Positions 1-13,228 of a stretch of 64,000 nucleotides of DNA are shown here, in pieces. The notes under the pieces are model-generated. The model saw only the letters and a program-made list of their open reading frames with translations, was not told the origin of the DNA and did no database searches. The stretch spans positions 3,680,001 to 3,744,000 of the forward strand of contig CM000150.2 in NCBI GenBank assembly GCA_000004695.1, given 5' to 3'. The position numbers and the translations under genes were made by a program. This DNA is from Dictyostelium discoideum. Taxonomy: Eukaryota. The number at the start of each line of letters is the position of its first letter. The first letter of the stretch is position 1.

Positions 1-487
1 ATTATTTTTTGATATTGTTCCATTTTTTTTATTTTTTTTTTTTATTTTTTGAATTTTATTATTTGTAAATTAATTAATTAATTTTATTATTATAAAAATT
101 TATTTATTATAAAAAAAAATGAAATAAAAAATTTTTTTTTATATTTTCTTTTATTTTCTTTTTTTTAATTTTTTTTTAATTTTTTTTTTTTAGATATCAA
201 AACATAACTGAATTTAAAAAATAAAAACCAAAGCGAAATTTAAAAGATTTTTACAAAATCTAAAAAAGGAATAAATATTTTTTTTTTTTTTTTTTTTTTT
301 TATTTAAAAAAAATATAATTTTTTTTTTTTATTTACATTTTTAAAAGATTTTTAATTTTATTTATATATTTATTTTATATATTTATTTTTTAAAATTTCT
401 AAAGATTTTTTTTTTTTAAAACAATGTTTTTTTTTTTTTTTTTTTTATTTATTTAAAACTTTTTATTTATTTATTACAGATCCTAAT

Positions 488-531
<44 letters not shown>

Positions 532-863
532 TTTTTTTTTTTTTTTTAATATTAATAAAAAATAAAAACCCTTTAAACCAAAAAATTTAATCACAACATA
601 ATCACCTTTTTATATTAATTAATAAAAATTAAATGATGAATATGAGAACAAATATATTTTATTCACGAAACCAACGAAGGGTTATTTTTATTCCCGAAAT
701 TTCTTTTTAAAAAAAAAAAAAAAAAAAAATTTTATTCCGGCAAAATGGAAATTTACAATTTTTAATATTCCAATTTTTGTTATGTGATTTTGTGATTTTT
801 ATTTTTTTTTTTTTTTTTTATTTTTTTTTTTTTTATTAAATTTTTTTTTTTTTTTATCCACCC

Positions 864-897
<34 letters not shown>

Positions 898-973
898 CCT
901 CAAATCATTTTTAAAAATACTACTTAACCCTTTAATTTAAAATTATTTTATAACTATCAATTTAAATATATAT

Positions 974-1005
<32 letters not shown>

Positions 1006-1010
1006 TTAAA

Positions 1011-2051
1011 ATGTCATCAAATAATTTAATTACATTACATAGATGGTTATTATCAGATACTCATAAGAATATGGAGAATAAATTAGAAATGGCAAATTTA
1101 TTCTCAGGTATAGCATTGGCATGTAAAATTACAAATAATGCAATAAAGAGAGCAGGTTTTGAAAGTAATTTCGGTTTAGCAGGTATAACCAATGTTCATA
1201 GTGAAGATGTAAAGAAATTAGATGTCATTGCAAACGATGCCTTCAAGATGGCATTAAAATCAACGCGTGAAGTATTTTGCATGGTATCAGAGGAAGAAGA
1301 TTCAATCATTCCAGTATCACAATCACAAGCAGGTAAATATGTTGTTGCATTCGATCCATTAGATGGCTCAAGTAATTTAGATTGTAATGTCTCTGTTGGC
1401 TCGATCTTTTCAATTTGGCCAAAGGCATCAAAGGATCACAACTATTCAAACGATGATGTACTTAGAAAGGGTCGTGACATGACTGCTGCCGGCTATGCCC
1501 TCTATGGCAGTGCCACCATGTTGGTATTGACATTTGGCCAAGGTGTCTATGGCTTCACTTTGGATAACCATATTGGTGAATTTGTTTTAACTCATGTCGA
1601 AATGAGAATTCGTACCAAAGGTTCAATCTATTCAATCAATGAAGGTAATTCAGTCTTTTGGGATAAAGCCACCCAAGAATACGTTAAAGCTATTAAATCT
1701 GGTGCTGATGGTCGTGCTCCTTACTCTTCAAGATACATTGGTAGTATGGTCTCTGATATTCATCGTACTCTCCTCTATGGTGGTATCTTTATGTATCCAG
1801 GTGATACCAAATCTCCAAATGGTAAATTAAGATATCTCTACGAAGTTGCTCCACTCTCTTTCATTATGGAACAAGCAGCTGGTAAATCAACTAATGGTTC
1901 TTCACCTTGTCTTGACATGATTCCAAAATCAATTCATGAAAGAGTACCAGTTTTCATGGGTTCTCCAGCTTGTATAGATGAACTTTTAGCTTTTCAAAAG
2001 AAATTTAATCATAATCATAGTACTACTTCACAACATGAAAAAGATAATTAA
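1011..2051 (+). CDS. fbp: fructose-1,6-bisphosphatase, single exon, 346 aa
   Basis: Uninterrupted ORF. Translation shows the FBPase class-1 signature ([10 protein letters not shown] metal/substrate site, [13 protein letters not shown]-terminal [21 protein letters not shown]). Assignment rests on established family knowledge. Confidence 0.9.
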
Positions 2052-2320
2052 TAAATAATAAATAATAAATAATAAAATGTAAAAAAAAAATAAAAAATAA
2101 AAAATAAAAATAAAATCTATTTTTAAAAATAAAAATAAAAATAAAATTAAAATTAAAATCTATTTTTAAAAATAATTATTTTTTTTTATTTTTTATTTTT
2201 ATTTTTTATTATTCCCAAAGTTTCGTTTTTAATATTTTCATTTTTATAAATATTTTTTTTTTTATTTTTTATTATTTTTATTTTTTTTTTTTTTTTTTTT
2301 CATATTTCAAACTTTTAAAA

Positions 2321-2535
2321 ATGACACATAATAACGATAAAGATATTACATTATTACTTGGTAAAAAGTTATTAATGGGATGGTCAATGTTAAATAATGT
2401 TTGTAAAGATTGTAAAATTGTTCCATTGGTAGAAAATAAAAAAGATAATATAATTTTATGTGTATCATGTGAAAGAAAATTGAAAAGAGATGAAAATGGT
2501 GAAATTTTAGATGAAAAAAAATCAACACCTTCAAA

Positions 2536-2567
<32 letters not shown>

Positions 2568-3577
2568 CTTCTTCTTCCTCAACAACAACTACACCATCTT
2601 CTTCAAATACTTCAACACCAATTCCAACAACTACAACTATTACAAATATAACTAAACCACAACTACAACCACAACACGCAACAACAACAACTATTAAAAA
2701 TGATACAAAACAAATTGATATGAAATATTATGATGATGATTATTTTGATGATTATGATGAAGATGATACACCATTGACAGAGGAGGAAAAAATAGCAATT
2801 GAAAAAAGATTAAAAAAATCTGATGAATTTAGTTCAAAAATGGGTGAATTTCTATTAAAAGGTTGGTCACTTCTTTCAGATAGTTGCCCAAATAATGAAT
2901 GTTATGGTGTACCTTTAATGAAAGATAGAGAAAAGAAATTTTATTGTGTTTCTTGTAAAATGTCTGGTTTAGAAATTGATGATTTAATTCAAAAATTACC
3001 TTTAACTACTTCTACTGAATCACCAACAACATCGCCAACTTCAACTACTACAACAACAACAACAACAACCACCCCAAATAATAAAACAAATCCAATAATA
3101 GAAAAACAACAAATTAAAGAACTACAACAACAACCACAACAACCACAACAACCACAACAACCACAACAACCACAACAAAATTTAATTAGATCAACAAATA
3201 CACCAATAATTGTTGAAAATATTACACCAATTAAAAATACATTAACAAATAATAGTACATTCTCACCACCATATCCAGAACCAGACCAAAAGAAACAAAG
3301 AATGACTGGTACAACTCCACAAAAATTAAATAATAGTAGTAATAATCAATCATTTTTGTCAACATCCTCTGTTAATAATAATAGTTCAATTTTAAATGAT
3401 GAAATCCAAGAATTACCAGATTTCACTGACAATACATTATCAATACTTTTCGAAAAATTAAAAGATGCTCAAAATCAATTAGTTACAACCAACAATATTC
3501 ATTATTGTTCATTAATTAGAGAATATACCTCAACAATTTCATCTTTATTAGAATTAAAAAAACATTGGACAATGTAA
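2321..3577 (+). CDS. SSSCA1 (autoantigen p27)-like protein with two tandem Zn-ribbon modules, poly-Ser/Thr and (QQP)n linkers
   Basis: ORF of 418 aa. Two copies of the Auto_anti-p27 motif L(L/M)xGWS(M/L)L(N/S)xxC..C..PL(V/M)....(I/Y)C(V)SC (residues about 14-50 and 170-205), separated by S/T-rich and QQPQQP low-complexity sequence. Confidence 0.6.
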
Positions 3578-3671
3578 TAATAATGACATCTAATAAAAAA
3601 TAAAACAAAAAAAAAGAAAATTAAAAAAAAAATTAAAAAAAAAAAAAAAGATACCCAATAACCATTTATTT

Positions 3672-3708
<37 letters not shown>

Positions 3709-3817
3709 TTATTTATTTGTTTATTTATTTGGGTTTTTTTTTTTTTCCTTTTTTTTTTTTTTTTTCTTTTAAAATTTTTTTTTTTTTAATTATTATTATT
3801 ATTATTATTATAATTAT

Positions 3818-5303
3818 TTAATATGGTTTGAATTTTCTTGCAGCAGTAACTTTAGAAATTCTTTGTTTATCTTCTTCGAATTTTTGTCTTAAAACATCTA
3901 ATTCATCCTTTTTAGTTTGTCTATGTTGGAAGGCATAGAAATTCTTCTTTTCTTTCTTTTCCATTAAAGCTTTAACTTCTTCAGCTGTCATTACTTTAGC
4001 ACTTGATGGTCCAACTGTAATGAAACCTTCTTCATCTGGTACATTTCTTAATTTTGATCTCTTCTTACTTTCCAATACTCTCTTATCATAATCAATCATA
4101 ATATTATCTAATTTAGTTTGTAATTCATCATAATCTACAATAATCTTTGAATTATATTGATTTAATAAATCTAAAAAATAATAAAAAAGAAAAAAAATAA
4201 AAAAATAAAAAAAAAAGTTAGTTTCTACACATATATATAATAAATTATAAATTTTAAATAATTTTTAAATACAATTTTACATACAATTAAAACCATTTAA
4301 TGGTAAAGATGGTTGTTGAATTGATAAAGAATGTGATTTCTTTAAGAATAATTTTAAAGAATCTTGATCATTCATTACGATATGAGCAACATGTTTTGTA
4401 GATTCATCGATTTGTTCTGGTGATGAATCATCAGTTTGTTGTTGAGTATCATTATTTTTAAGATTTGGTTGACCGAAATGAACAGATTCAATGAAATCAT
4501 ATTTAAATAATTTTTTAACATCTTCTAAACTTTGACAATGAGTTGGCAAATTTGTAACAAATAAAGTTTTATTTTGTGGCCATTTCTTATTAGTTTCTTT
4601 TTTAATATATATATATTTTTTAAATGTTGAATTTTCAATTTGTACTGGTAAAATTGTAAATCCACTAATTGTATTTTCTATTTTCTTTTCTTTCTTTTTA
4701 ATTGGACTTATTTCTTCATCTGATGACGAATCATCTGATGATGATGAATCTGATTCAACAACTTGTTTCTTTTTATTATTATTATTATTATTATTATTCT
4801 TTTTTTCTTTTACAATTTTTGGTTTTTGTTCTTCTTCAACAATTGGTTCTTCTTCTTTTTGAATGATTGGTTCCTCTTCAATAATTGGTTTTTCAATTTT
4901 ATTGGTTTTTTTATTCTTTTTATCTGTTGTTGTTGGTGTTGGTATTGGTATTGGTGTTGGTGTTGGTGTTGGAGTTGGTGTAGTTTGTTTTTCTTTTTTA
5001 GTTACAGATAATTTCTTTGAAGATTTAATTAGTTCTTCAACTACTGGTTCTATAATTTCTTGTTGTAATTTTTCTTCTTCTTTTTGTTTTTTAGATAAAG
5101 GTGGTGTTGGTTTTGGATCTTTTTTTATTGATTTAATAATTAATGGTTTGTCAGAAATTTTTAAAGTTTTATTGAATAATTGAGTTTGATTTTTTTCAGT
5201 CTGTATTATAACTTTCTTTTTTTCAACTTTTTCAATTTTTTTCTTTTTTAAAATTGATTTTGTTACTATTGGTGATATAGTTTCTTTTAAATCTTCATTA
5301 TTT

Positions 5304-5341
<38 letters not shown>

Positions 5342-5422
5342 TACAATTTCTTCAGTTGGTGATGTGGTTTCAGTTTTTTTTTTTAATGCAAATTTTTTAA
5401 TTGGCTTTGATTTGATAACCAT
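3818..5422 (-). CDS. rrp7: ribosomal RNA-processing protein 7 (RRP7) homolog; join(5422..4285,4170..3818)
   Basis: Exon 1 has a K/E-rich N-terminal extension and an RRM-like block (KTLFVTNLP...). It ends at donor GTATGT (4284..4279). Exon 2 follows acceptor TTTTTTAG (4172..4171) and ends ...KKNFYAFQHRQTKKDELDVLRQKFEEDKQRI...ARKFKPY*, which matches the RRP7 C-terminal domain and its RKF(N/K)PY terminus. Phase 1 is conserved across the 114-nt intron. Confidence 0.7.
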
Positions 5423-5510
5423 TTTCTTCTTTTTTTCTTTTAAAAAAAAACAATATAAAAATTTATATACAAAATAGTTTTTATCACCAAGTAAAAGCAA
5501 TGAAATAAAA

Positions 5511-5552
<42 letters not shown>

Positions 5553-5707
5553 GATTCTTTCGTTTTTTTAGAAAAAAAAAATAAAAAATAAAAATAAAAT
5601 AAAAATAAAAACAAAAAAAAAAAAAATTAAATTTAAATAAAATTTAATTATAGAAATAAAAATAACCTTGAAAAAAAAAATAAATAATTTTCATCTATTT
5701 CATAAAA

Positions 5708-6529
5708 ATGACAGATATTAATCGTCATAGATATAGAGATAGAAGTGATAGTAGAAGTAGAGAAAGATATGAAAATAGACATAAATTATATAGAGATAGA
5801 AGTAGAAGTAGAAGTAGAAGCATAGATAAAGAAAGATATCATGAATCTGATAGACATAGATTATACAGAGATAGAAGTAAAAGTAGAGAAAGAGATAGAA
5901 TAAATACTAAACATGATAAAAATAATCTAGAAATAGATAAGAAAAGGAATACTGAAAGAGATGAAAATAAATATAGAGATAGAGATAAAAATAGAGGTAG
6001 AAGTAGAAGTAGAAGTAAAAGTAGAGAAAGATATAAAAAATATAAAAGAAATAGAAGTAGGTCTTCATCATCCTCATCATCCTCTTCATCTTCATCATCC
6101 TCATCTTCATCATCATCTAATGAAAGAAAAAAGAGAAAGAAGAAAAAGAAAGAAGAAAAGAGAAAAAGAAAAAAAGAAAAAAAAGAAAAAAAAGAAGAAA
6201 AAGAATTAAAAAAGAAATTAAAAAAAGATTCAAAAAAATCATCATCAACAGTTTCAACAACCACAACAACAACAACAACAGCAGCAGCAGCATCAGCAAC
6301 AAACACATCTAATTTAGTCAACAACAATAATAATAAAAAAAAAATGGGACCCATATCTGATGAAGATTATGAAAAGTTGAAAAATTCGTATAGAGAAGTA
6401 TTTGATGAAGATAGTGGTCGTACTAGAGTTGTGAATGGTAATGGTGAAATCGTTGAAAGAATAGTTAGTCGTGAACAACATAAAGCAATCAATTATATTG
6501 CTACTCACCACCCAACTCAATTTAAATAA
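5708..6529 (+). CDS. RS-rich splicing-associated protein, ARL6IP4/SRrp37-like
   Basis: ORF of 273 aa. N-terminal RS/RD dipeptide repeats, poly-Ser and K/E-rich tract. C-terminus MGPISDEDYEKLKNSYREVFDEDSGRTRVVNGNGEIVERIVSREQHKAINYIATH resembles the conserved ARL6IP4 C-terminal domain (..ETGRTRL(I/V)KG(D/N)GE(V/I)(L/V)EEIV(T/S)(K/R)E(R/Q)H..IN). Confidence 0.6.
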   Translation: MTDINRHRYRDRSDSRSRERYENRHKLYRDRSRSRSRSIDKERYHESDRHRLYRDRSKSRERDRINTKHDKNNLEIDKKRNTERDENKYRDRDKNRGRSRSRSKSRERYKKYKRNRSRSSSSSSSSSSSSSSSSSSSNERKKRKKKKKEEKRKRKKEKKEKKEEKELKKKLKKDSKKSSSTVSTTTTTTTTAAAASATNTSNLVNNNNNKKKMGPISDEDYEKLKNSYREVFDEDSGRTRVVNGNGEIVERIVSREQHKAINYIATHHPTQFK

Positions 6530-6673
6530 TAATAATAATTTTCTTTTTTTTTTTATTTATTTTATTTTATTTTATCACAATAAATATTGAAAAATGTTAA
6601 ATTTTTTATTTTTTTTTCCAATGTTTAACATTTTTTTTTTTCCAAGATTTGAATTAAATTTACATTTTTTATT

Positions 6674-7119
6674 TTATTGAGCAGATGAACAAGTATTTGT
6701 TAGAAAAATTTCATGAGTTTCTGAGGAACCAGAAGTTTGAGAAGTAGTTGAAGAAGCACCTGAATTATTACCACCTGTATCACCACTTGTTGAAGATTGA
6801 GTAGTACCACCACTCAAATCTCCACTTGTACCTGTTGAGCTACCACCATCATCTGGATTACCAGTTGAAGTACCTGTTGGGTTACCACTATCTGGATTGT
6901 CACCAGTTGAACTACCTGTTGAACTACCACCATCTGGATTATCACCAGTGTAAGTTCCAGTTGAATCAGCACCAGTTGAATCAGCACTTGTTGGATTTGC
7001 AGTAGTTGGTTGAGCAGTGGTTACACCTGATGCAGTATCACCTGAACCACTACCAAATAATACTAAATCATTGAAATTAATTAATGGTGCATTACCAAAA
7101 CCACCACCACCACCACCCA

Positions 7120-7162
<43 letters not shown>

Positions 7163-7885
7163 AATATTTCCTTTACTTTTACCTTTACTTTTATCAATAA
7201 CATTTTGACCAGAAGTTCCAGAATATGAAGATTCTGAAGAACCATTAATAAAAGGTCTAAACATATCACAAGAATCACCTTTTAAAATTATACCATTTGA
7301 ATCATCCATCATTTCAGGTAAACCATTTGGCATACAATAATAAGTGTATGCAACTTTACCAGGTGCAATTGCAACGGTTTCATTGGTTAAAAATTCATAT
7401 GCAATCACAGTACCAGAACAACTATCTAATCTTTGAGTTACAAGATATAAACTTTTTGCTGGATAAATTGGTGATGTTGAAATTTGAACTTTATAATCAT
7501 AGACTTGAGTTGGTAATCTAGTTGGATTAAATATTATATCACCCCCTTTATCACAACCCATATTTGTATATCTATAAGGTGATGTTGAATTACGATTGCT
7601 TGCTTTACAAACTCCCTTATATTTTGTACCAGTAATTGATCCTGTATTTTGATTCCATGAAAATTCCCATGATGTTGTATAACCATCAAATGAAATACAT
7701 GTATCTAAAGCAATTGAATATCCAAGACCATTAACTATACTTTGACAATTAAATCCATTTTTAAATGGTATAAAATTTACAAAAATTGGTGATTCTTTAT
7801 TAAATTTTATTGCTTTTGTTTTTGTTATTATTATAGTTAATATTAATAATAATAAAACAAAATTTAATAATGAAATTAATTTCAT
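6674..7885 (-). CDS. secreted Cys-containing glycoprotein with Gly/Ser/Thr-rich mucin-like C-terminal half (hypothetical)
   Basis: ATG at 7885 gives MKLISLLNFVLLLLILTIIITKTKA (signal peptide). Follows a roughly 230-aa Cys-containing domain with N-glycosylation sequons, a poly-Asn/poly-Gly tract, then a GDNPD/STGxS repeat region. The ORF-track start at 8029 is only poly-Phe read from a poly-A tract. Confidence 0.5.
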
Positions 7886-7909
7886 ATTTTTAAAATTTGT
7901 TTTTTTAAA

Positions 7910-7947
<38 letters not shown>

Positions 7948-7971
7948 ATAAATAAAAAAAGGTGATCAGTG

Positions 7972-8028
<57 letters not shown>

Positions 8029-8410
8029 AAAACGGGACCTTGGAATATAAATAAAAAAAAAATAAAAAAATAATTTAAAAAAAAAAAAATATCTTGTGTC
8101 GTAAAATATTTTTATTATTTTTTCGAGCAAAAAAAAAATTGCACGTTAGGTATAAAAATGAAAATATTAACTAATGTTAACTAATTTATTATAAATTGGA
8201 TTTACTTAAGATTTCTTTTTTTTTTTTTAAATTTTTAAATTTTATTTGTTTTATTTTTATATTTTTTTAACAATGCACTGCGCGTAATTTTATTTTAAAA
8301 AATTTTTTTTTTTTTTTTTTTATATAATTATATTTTATGTGAAAAAAAAAAAAAAAAAAAACTGGAAATTAATTAATTATTTTTTTTTATTTTTTTATTT
8401 ATTTATTTAT

Positions 8411-9196
8411 TTATTTAATATCACTAAAAGCAATTAATGGTAATAATACAGGATAACTAACAATTTTTAAAGCAACATCACCTTTTGTTTCTTTTCTTTT
8501 TAAATGACCATTACAAATTTTAAAATCTTGATGTATAATTTTACCATTGTATGGACCTTCTTTCATTTTTTGAGTTAAATCATTCTTTTGTAAAGTTTTT
8601 AAATTAATTCTCCAATTTGAATAATCTTTTTTATAGGATGATGGTAAATTTGTTAAACCAAAATCAATTGCAGTTAAAGCGATTTTAATAGTTCCATGTT
8701 TAGCATATGATAAATTTTCAATTGTTTCAATTTCAACACCATATGGTAATAATGATAAATCAATACCAACAAATCCTAATAAATCATCACTACCAACTAA
8801 ATCATGATCAAATACATCGAATATCAGTATTTCATTATTTACATTTTCAATATCGATAAAAACAGTTTCATCCCATATTGGATTTAAATTTCTATCAATT
8901 ACTTTTGTAGCTTGAAATGATTCATTACTTGATTTTAATTTTATATATGGATCTGATGAATTTGTACAAACATCTTCAATCATTAAATTTTGGGCAGAGA
9001 TTAATCTAACTTTTAATTTTCCTTTTCCATTTGGTTCTGAAAAAAATATTGAATCTTCTGATGGTATAAATTTATTACCAATAATTTTATTTGGTCTTAA
9101 TATTGGTTTATTTTCATGAGGTAAAGTTTTTATAAAAATTGGTTTATCTAAATTTGATTTATTATTATTATTTTTTGATGGTGGAATAGTTTCCAT
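8411..9196 (-). CDS. C2 domain-containing protein, 261 aa
   Basis: Single ORF. Central C2 fold signature KLKVRLISAQNL...DPYIKLK...TKVIDRNLNPIWDETVF..IFDVFDHDLVGSDDLLG, with Ca-binding Asp positions present. Confidence 0.7.
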   Translation of the reverse strand: METIPPSKNNNNKSNLDKPIFIKTLPHENKPILRPNKIIGNKFIPSEDSIFFSEPNGKGKLKVRLISAQNLMIEDVCTNSSDPYIKLKSSNESFQATKVIDRNLNPIWDETVFIDIENVNNEILIFDVFDHDLVGSDDLLGFVGIDLSLLPYGVEIETIENLSYAKHGTIKIALTAIDFGLTNLPSSYKKDYSNWRINLKTLQKNDLTQKMKEGPYNGKIIHQDFKICNGHLKRKETKGDVALKIVSYPVLLPLIAFSDIK

Positions 9197-10036
9197 TTAA
9201 TTTTTTAATAAATAAATAAAATTTTAATTAAAAAAAAAAAAAAAAATTTAATATTATAAAGAAATTTAAATGAATAAATTAAAGGAATTTTTTTTAGTAT
9301 AAAAAAAAAAAAAATAAAAAAATGGATTTGTTTTTTTTTTTTAGTATAAAAAAAAAAAAAAAAAAAATGGATTTGTTTTTTTTTTAATTTTTGAGAAAGG
9401 AAAAAAAATAATAAAAAAAAAAAAATGGTTTAACCAATTGGTGAAATTTTTGGATATTTTGAATTGAGATTAGATAGTATTGTTTTTTTTTTTATTTTAA
9501 AATTTTTGACCTGACAATGGTTTGTGTAAATTGATTGTGTCACATTTATATTATTTATCTCATTTTTTTATTATAAAATATATAGATATTTTTTTTTTTA
9601 TTTATTTTTTTTTTTTTTTTACAACAAATCTAATAATAGGGAAGATTCTTTTAAAAATATCTTTTATTTTTTGATATTTTTTTTTTTTTTAGGTATTATT
9701 TTTTTTTATTTTTTTTTTATTAAATTATTTTTTTTTTATTTATTAATTTAAATCAAAAATAATTTCCAAAAAAGGTTAATAATTTTTTATTTAACTTGAA
9801 ATGAATTCCAAATTCGATGAAAAAAAAAAAAAACAAATTTTTAAATCTTTTTTTTTTTTTTTTAAATTTAATTTTTCCTTTTTTTTTTCCTTTTTTTTTT
9901 TTCTTTTTATTTTTTTTTTTTTTATAATTATTTTATAATTTTTTTTATATGTGTGTGTGTGTGTTTAAAAACAATTTTTTATTTGGTGGTTTTTAAAAAC
10001 CTTTCATATTTCTATTAAAAAAAAAAAAAAAGTAAA

Positions 10037-10714
10037 ATGGTGTCCGATATTAATTTTTATAATAATAATAAAGATGAGCATATTAAAGCCAACACTTTTT
10101 CAATGGATCAAATTTGTCAATCTGCAGCATCAATATCTCCAATAATAACATCAACTTTAACAAATTCTCAACAACAGCATCACCAACTACAACAACAACT
10201 ACAGCAACAACAACAGCAGCAACAAAATAATATAATAACAAAACCAACAACTACTTCAATATCACCATCATGTACAGTACCATCAAGCCCAATAAATAAA
10301 CCTTTAAATAATTTTAATATAAATGATGACAATACCAACAAAAATAATAATAATAATTATAATATTAATAATAATATTAATAATAATAATAACGATAATA
10401 TAAAACTACAATGCGAAATATATGGATTCCATCGATTTATAACTTCAGCTAAAGGAGATATATCTATTAGTTCACTTTATAAAGGTAAATAAAATAAATA
10501 AAATAGGATTAAAAAAAAAAAAAATAATATATTAATATGTTTTATTTAATAAATTTTAGTATTAGAAGAAGAAATTAAACAAAATTATAAACTTAAAATT
10601 AAAATATTATTTATTAATGATTCAACACATAATAAATTATCACCAGATTCAATTGTAAATAAAGTTTTAAAGCAATCACAACAAATATATCTTTATGTGA
10701 CATGTGAAAAATAA
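10037..10714 (+). CDS. small poly-Q/N protein with C-terminal beta-grasp (PB1/ubiquitin-like) domain; join(10037..10484,10560..10714)
   Basis: Exon 1 ends ...SSLYKG at donor GTAAAT (10485). A 75-nt AT-rich intron ends TTTTAG (10558..10559). Exon 2 reads VLEEEIKQNYKLKIKILFINDSTHNKLSPDSIVNKVLKQSQQIYLYVTCEK*. The IKLQCEIYGFHRFI...ISISSL...IKILF...IYLYV pattern resembles a PB1-like fold. The family call is tentative, and an upstream exon is possible. Confidence 0.4.
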
Positions 10715-11171
10715 ATAGAATAAAATTAAATAATAATAATAATAATAATATATGTATAAAAAAAAAAAAAAATAATAATAAAAAAATAAAATAAAATAAA
10801 AAAAAAGGAAGAAATAAACGCACTGGTGTTGTTTTTCAAAACGAATTATATAAAATCATTTATATATAATATTCATTTTTTAAACATTTATTATTATATT
10901 TGTTATTATTATTATTAAAATTATTTATTATTATTATAATTATTATTATTATTTTTTTTTTTTTTTAATTATTGATACTACTTATTATTATTTATACTAA
11001 TTAGTTTGAAAGTTTTTTAATTATTATTATTATTATTATTATTTTTTTTTCTTTTTATTATTATTGATTGGATTTATTTATTGATTTACAAAATATTAAT
11101 ATTATTTATCGTCTACACAAAAAAAAGAGGGGGTTGCTGCATAAATTGATTTATTAATATTTTGACCATAA

Positions 11172-12200
11172 TCATTCAAGGCCACAATCTTTTAAAAATT
11201 TTGCAAGGAAATTATGATAAATTTGAATATCTGTTTTTGAAGTTGGAATTAAATGACCAAATTCATGGACATAACATTCAGGATTTGAAAATTGATGTGA
11301 AAGTGATTCACAATTTGATGCGGCAACCAACTCATCTGCTTTACCCCAAACATGAAGTGATGGTGTATTAATCTTTGCTAATGGGTAAAATGATGTGGTT
11401 GGTGTTGTAGAGGTTGATGATGTTAATGATAGTGATGTTGGTGATGGTGGTGAGTGTTGTTGTTGGTGTTGATGTGATGAAGATGATGAAGATGGTGTTG
11501 TCGTAGTGTGCTCCATTTCGAATTGGGTAACAGAACAACATTCACATCCAGAGTTTTCACCATTCTTTAGTGTTGTTGATATGGCAGATGATGATGGTGG
11601 TGGTGATGATTGTGGATATAATGATTGATGTGCTGTTGCTCTACTTTGGAATCCACTAAATAATAATGCAAATTTAATTTGGAAACAACTATTATTACTA
11701 TCTTCATTATAATTATAATTATCATTATTTAATGATGAAATTGAACAAATTAAACTAGCTAATACTGCACCTTGACTAAATCCTATAAAAATATATAAAA
11801 TAAAAAAAAACAATAAAATAAAAAAAAAAAAAAAAAATAATTAGAAATTATATACCAATAATAATAATTTTTTTAAAAAAAAAAAATAAAAATAAAATAA
11901 AATAAATTTACCAATTACACCATCAAATGGACCTTGAGTTTCAAATACATTACGAAGATAATCTAAAGTTTGTTCCCAACCTCTATATTCTTTACCATCT
12001 TTTGATGCTCTCCACCAAGATGATGATCCTTTTGATTCATCAACCATATGAGGGGCATCGACATAAATAAACTCTGCTATATCTTTTAATGATTTACGTA
12101 AGACTGCTGTTTTCGAACGAAATGCTACTGCATTTTGTTTATAACCATGTAAGCATAATATACGTAATAATTTCTTTGGTGTTTCAACTCCAATTGCCAT
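11172..12200 (-). CDS. FSH1/OVCA2-family serine hydrolase (DUF341); join(12200..11912,11782..11172)
   Basis: Exon 1 reads MAIGVETPKKLLRILCLHGYKQNA...GPFDGVIG and ends at donor GTAAAT (11911). Acceptor TTTTATAG (11784..11783). Exon 2 restores the nucleophile elbow G-FSQGA and ends ...LHVWGKADELV...EFGHLIP... (catalytic D/H region). Phase 1 across the intron. Internal S/P/T/Q low-complexity insertion. Confidence 0.75.
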
Positions 12201-13189
12201 TTTTTCTTTTTTTTTTATATTCTTTTTGTTTAATTGGTTGTTTTTTTTTTTATCCTTTTGGTTGGATTAGTTTTTTTTTTTTTTTTTTTTTTTTTTTGTT
12301 TAAACAATTATATTTTAAAAAAAAAAAAAAAAAATTAATAAACTGTATTTAATTATAATTATAAAAACAACTTTTGAATAATTATTAATTATTTAATTTT
12401 TTGAGGTTGTTACTTTTTATTTTTATTTTTTTTTTTTTTATGTTTTTTTGAAAACGAAAAAATTATTTATAAAAAAAAAAAAAAAAAGGTGCAAAATAAT
12501 AAACTAAATTTTTTTTTTTTTTTAATTAAAAAAAAAAGAAAGAAAGAACAATATTATTATTTGTTATTATAAATTATTATAATACACTGAATAAAAGTTG
12601 GATTATTGTTATAAAAAAAAATAGAAAAAAAAAAAACCAAAAATATTTCCAAACGAAAAAACAATAACAAAAAAAAAAAAAAAAAATATTTTTTAAAATT
12701 TAAAAATTTTATTTTTTTTTTATTTTTAATTTTAATTTTTTATTTTTTTATTTTTTTATTTTTATTTTTTTATTTTTTTATTTTTATTTTTATTTGTATT
12801 TAAAAATAATATTAGAAAAAAAAAAAAAAAAAAAAAAAAAACGTTCACCCACCAGAGTTGTTGGGAACATAATATTATTACTACACACACACACACAAAC
12901 AAGATGATTTACATTTTTTTTTTTGATACATACAAAAAATTGCACAATGCACCAAAAAAAAAAAAAATAAAAAAAAAAAAATAAAAATAAAAATAATATC
13001 AAAAGAAATCCATTTTTGAAAATAAAAAAAAAGATAAATTTTTTAAATCTTTTTATTTATACTTAATTAGATAATTAATTATAGAGTTTTAATTAAAATT
13101 TTAAAATTTTTAATTTAAATATTTTTACAACATTTTTAAAAATTAAAAAAGTAAAAAAAAAGGAGCGAAAAAAACAAAAATATGGTTGT

Positions 13190-13228
<39 letters not shown>

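Noticed and set aside
1639-1830. 63-aa plus-strand ORF inside the FBPase gene
   Set aside because: It overlaps the fbp coding sequence in another frame. Hydrophobic low-complexity translation, no start context.
2346-2588. Minus-strand ORF with poly-Lys ([16 protein letters not shown])
   Set aside because: Antisense translation of the (TCT)n/poly-T region of the SSSCA1-like gene, a homopolymer artefact.
5839-6354. Several minus-strand ORFs (171, 69 and 63 aa) rich in F/L/M
   Set aside because: Antisense reading of the RS/KE-repeat region of the ARL6IP4-like gene. They are pure low complexity.
7886-8029. ORF-track start of the secreted protein at 8029 ([12 protein letters not shown]...)
   Set aside because: Translation of a 40-nt poly-A tract. 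The first plausible start with a signal peptide is ATG 7885.
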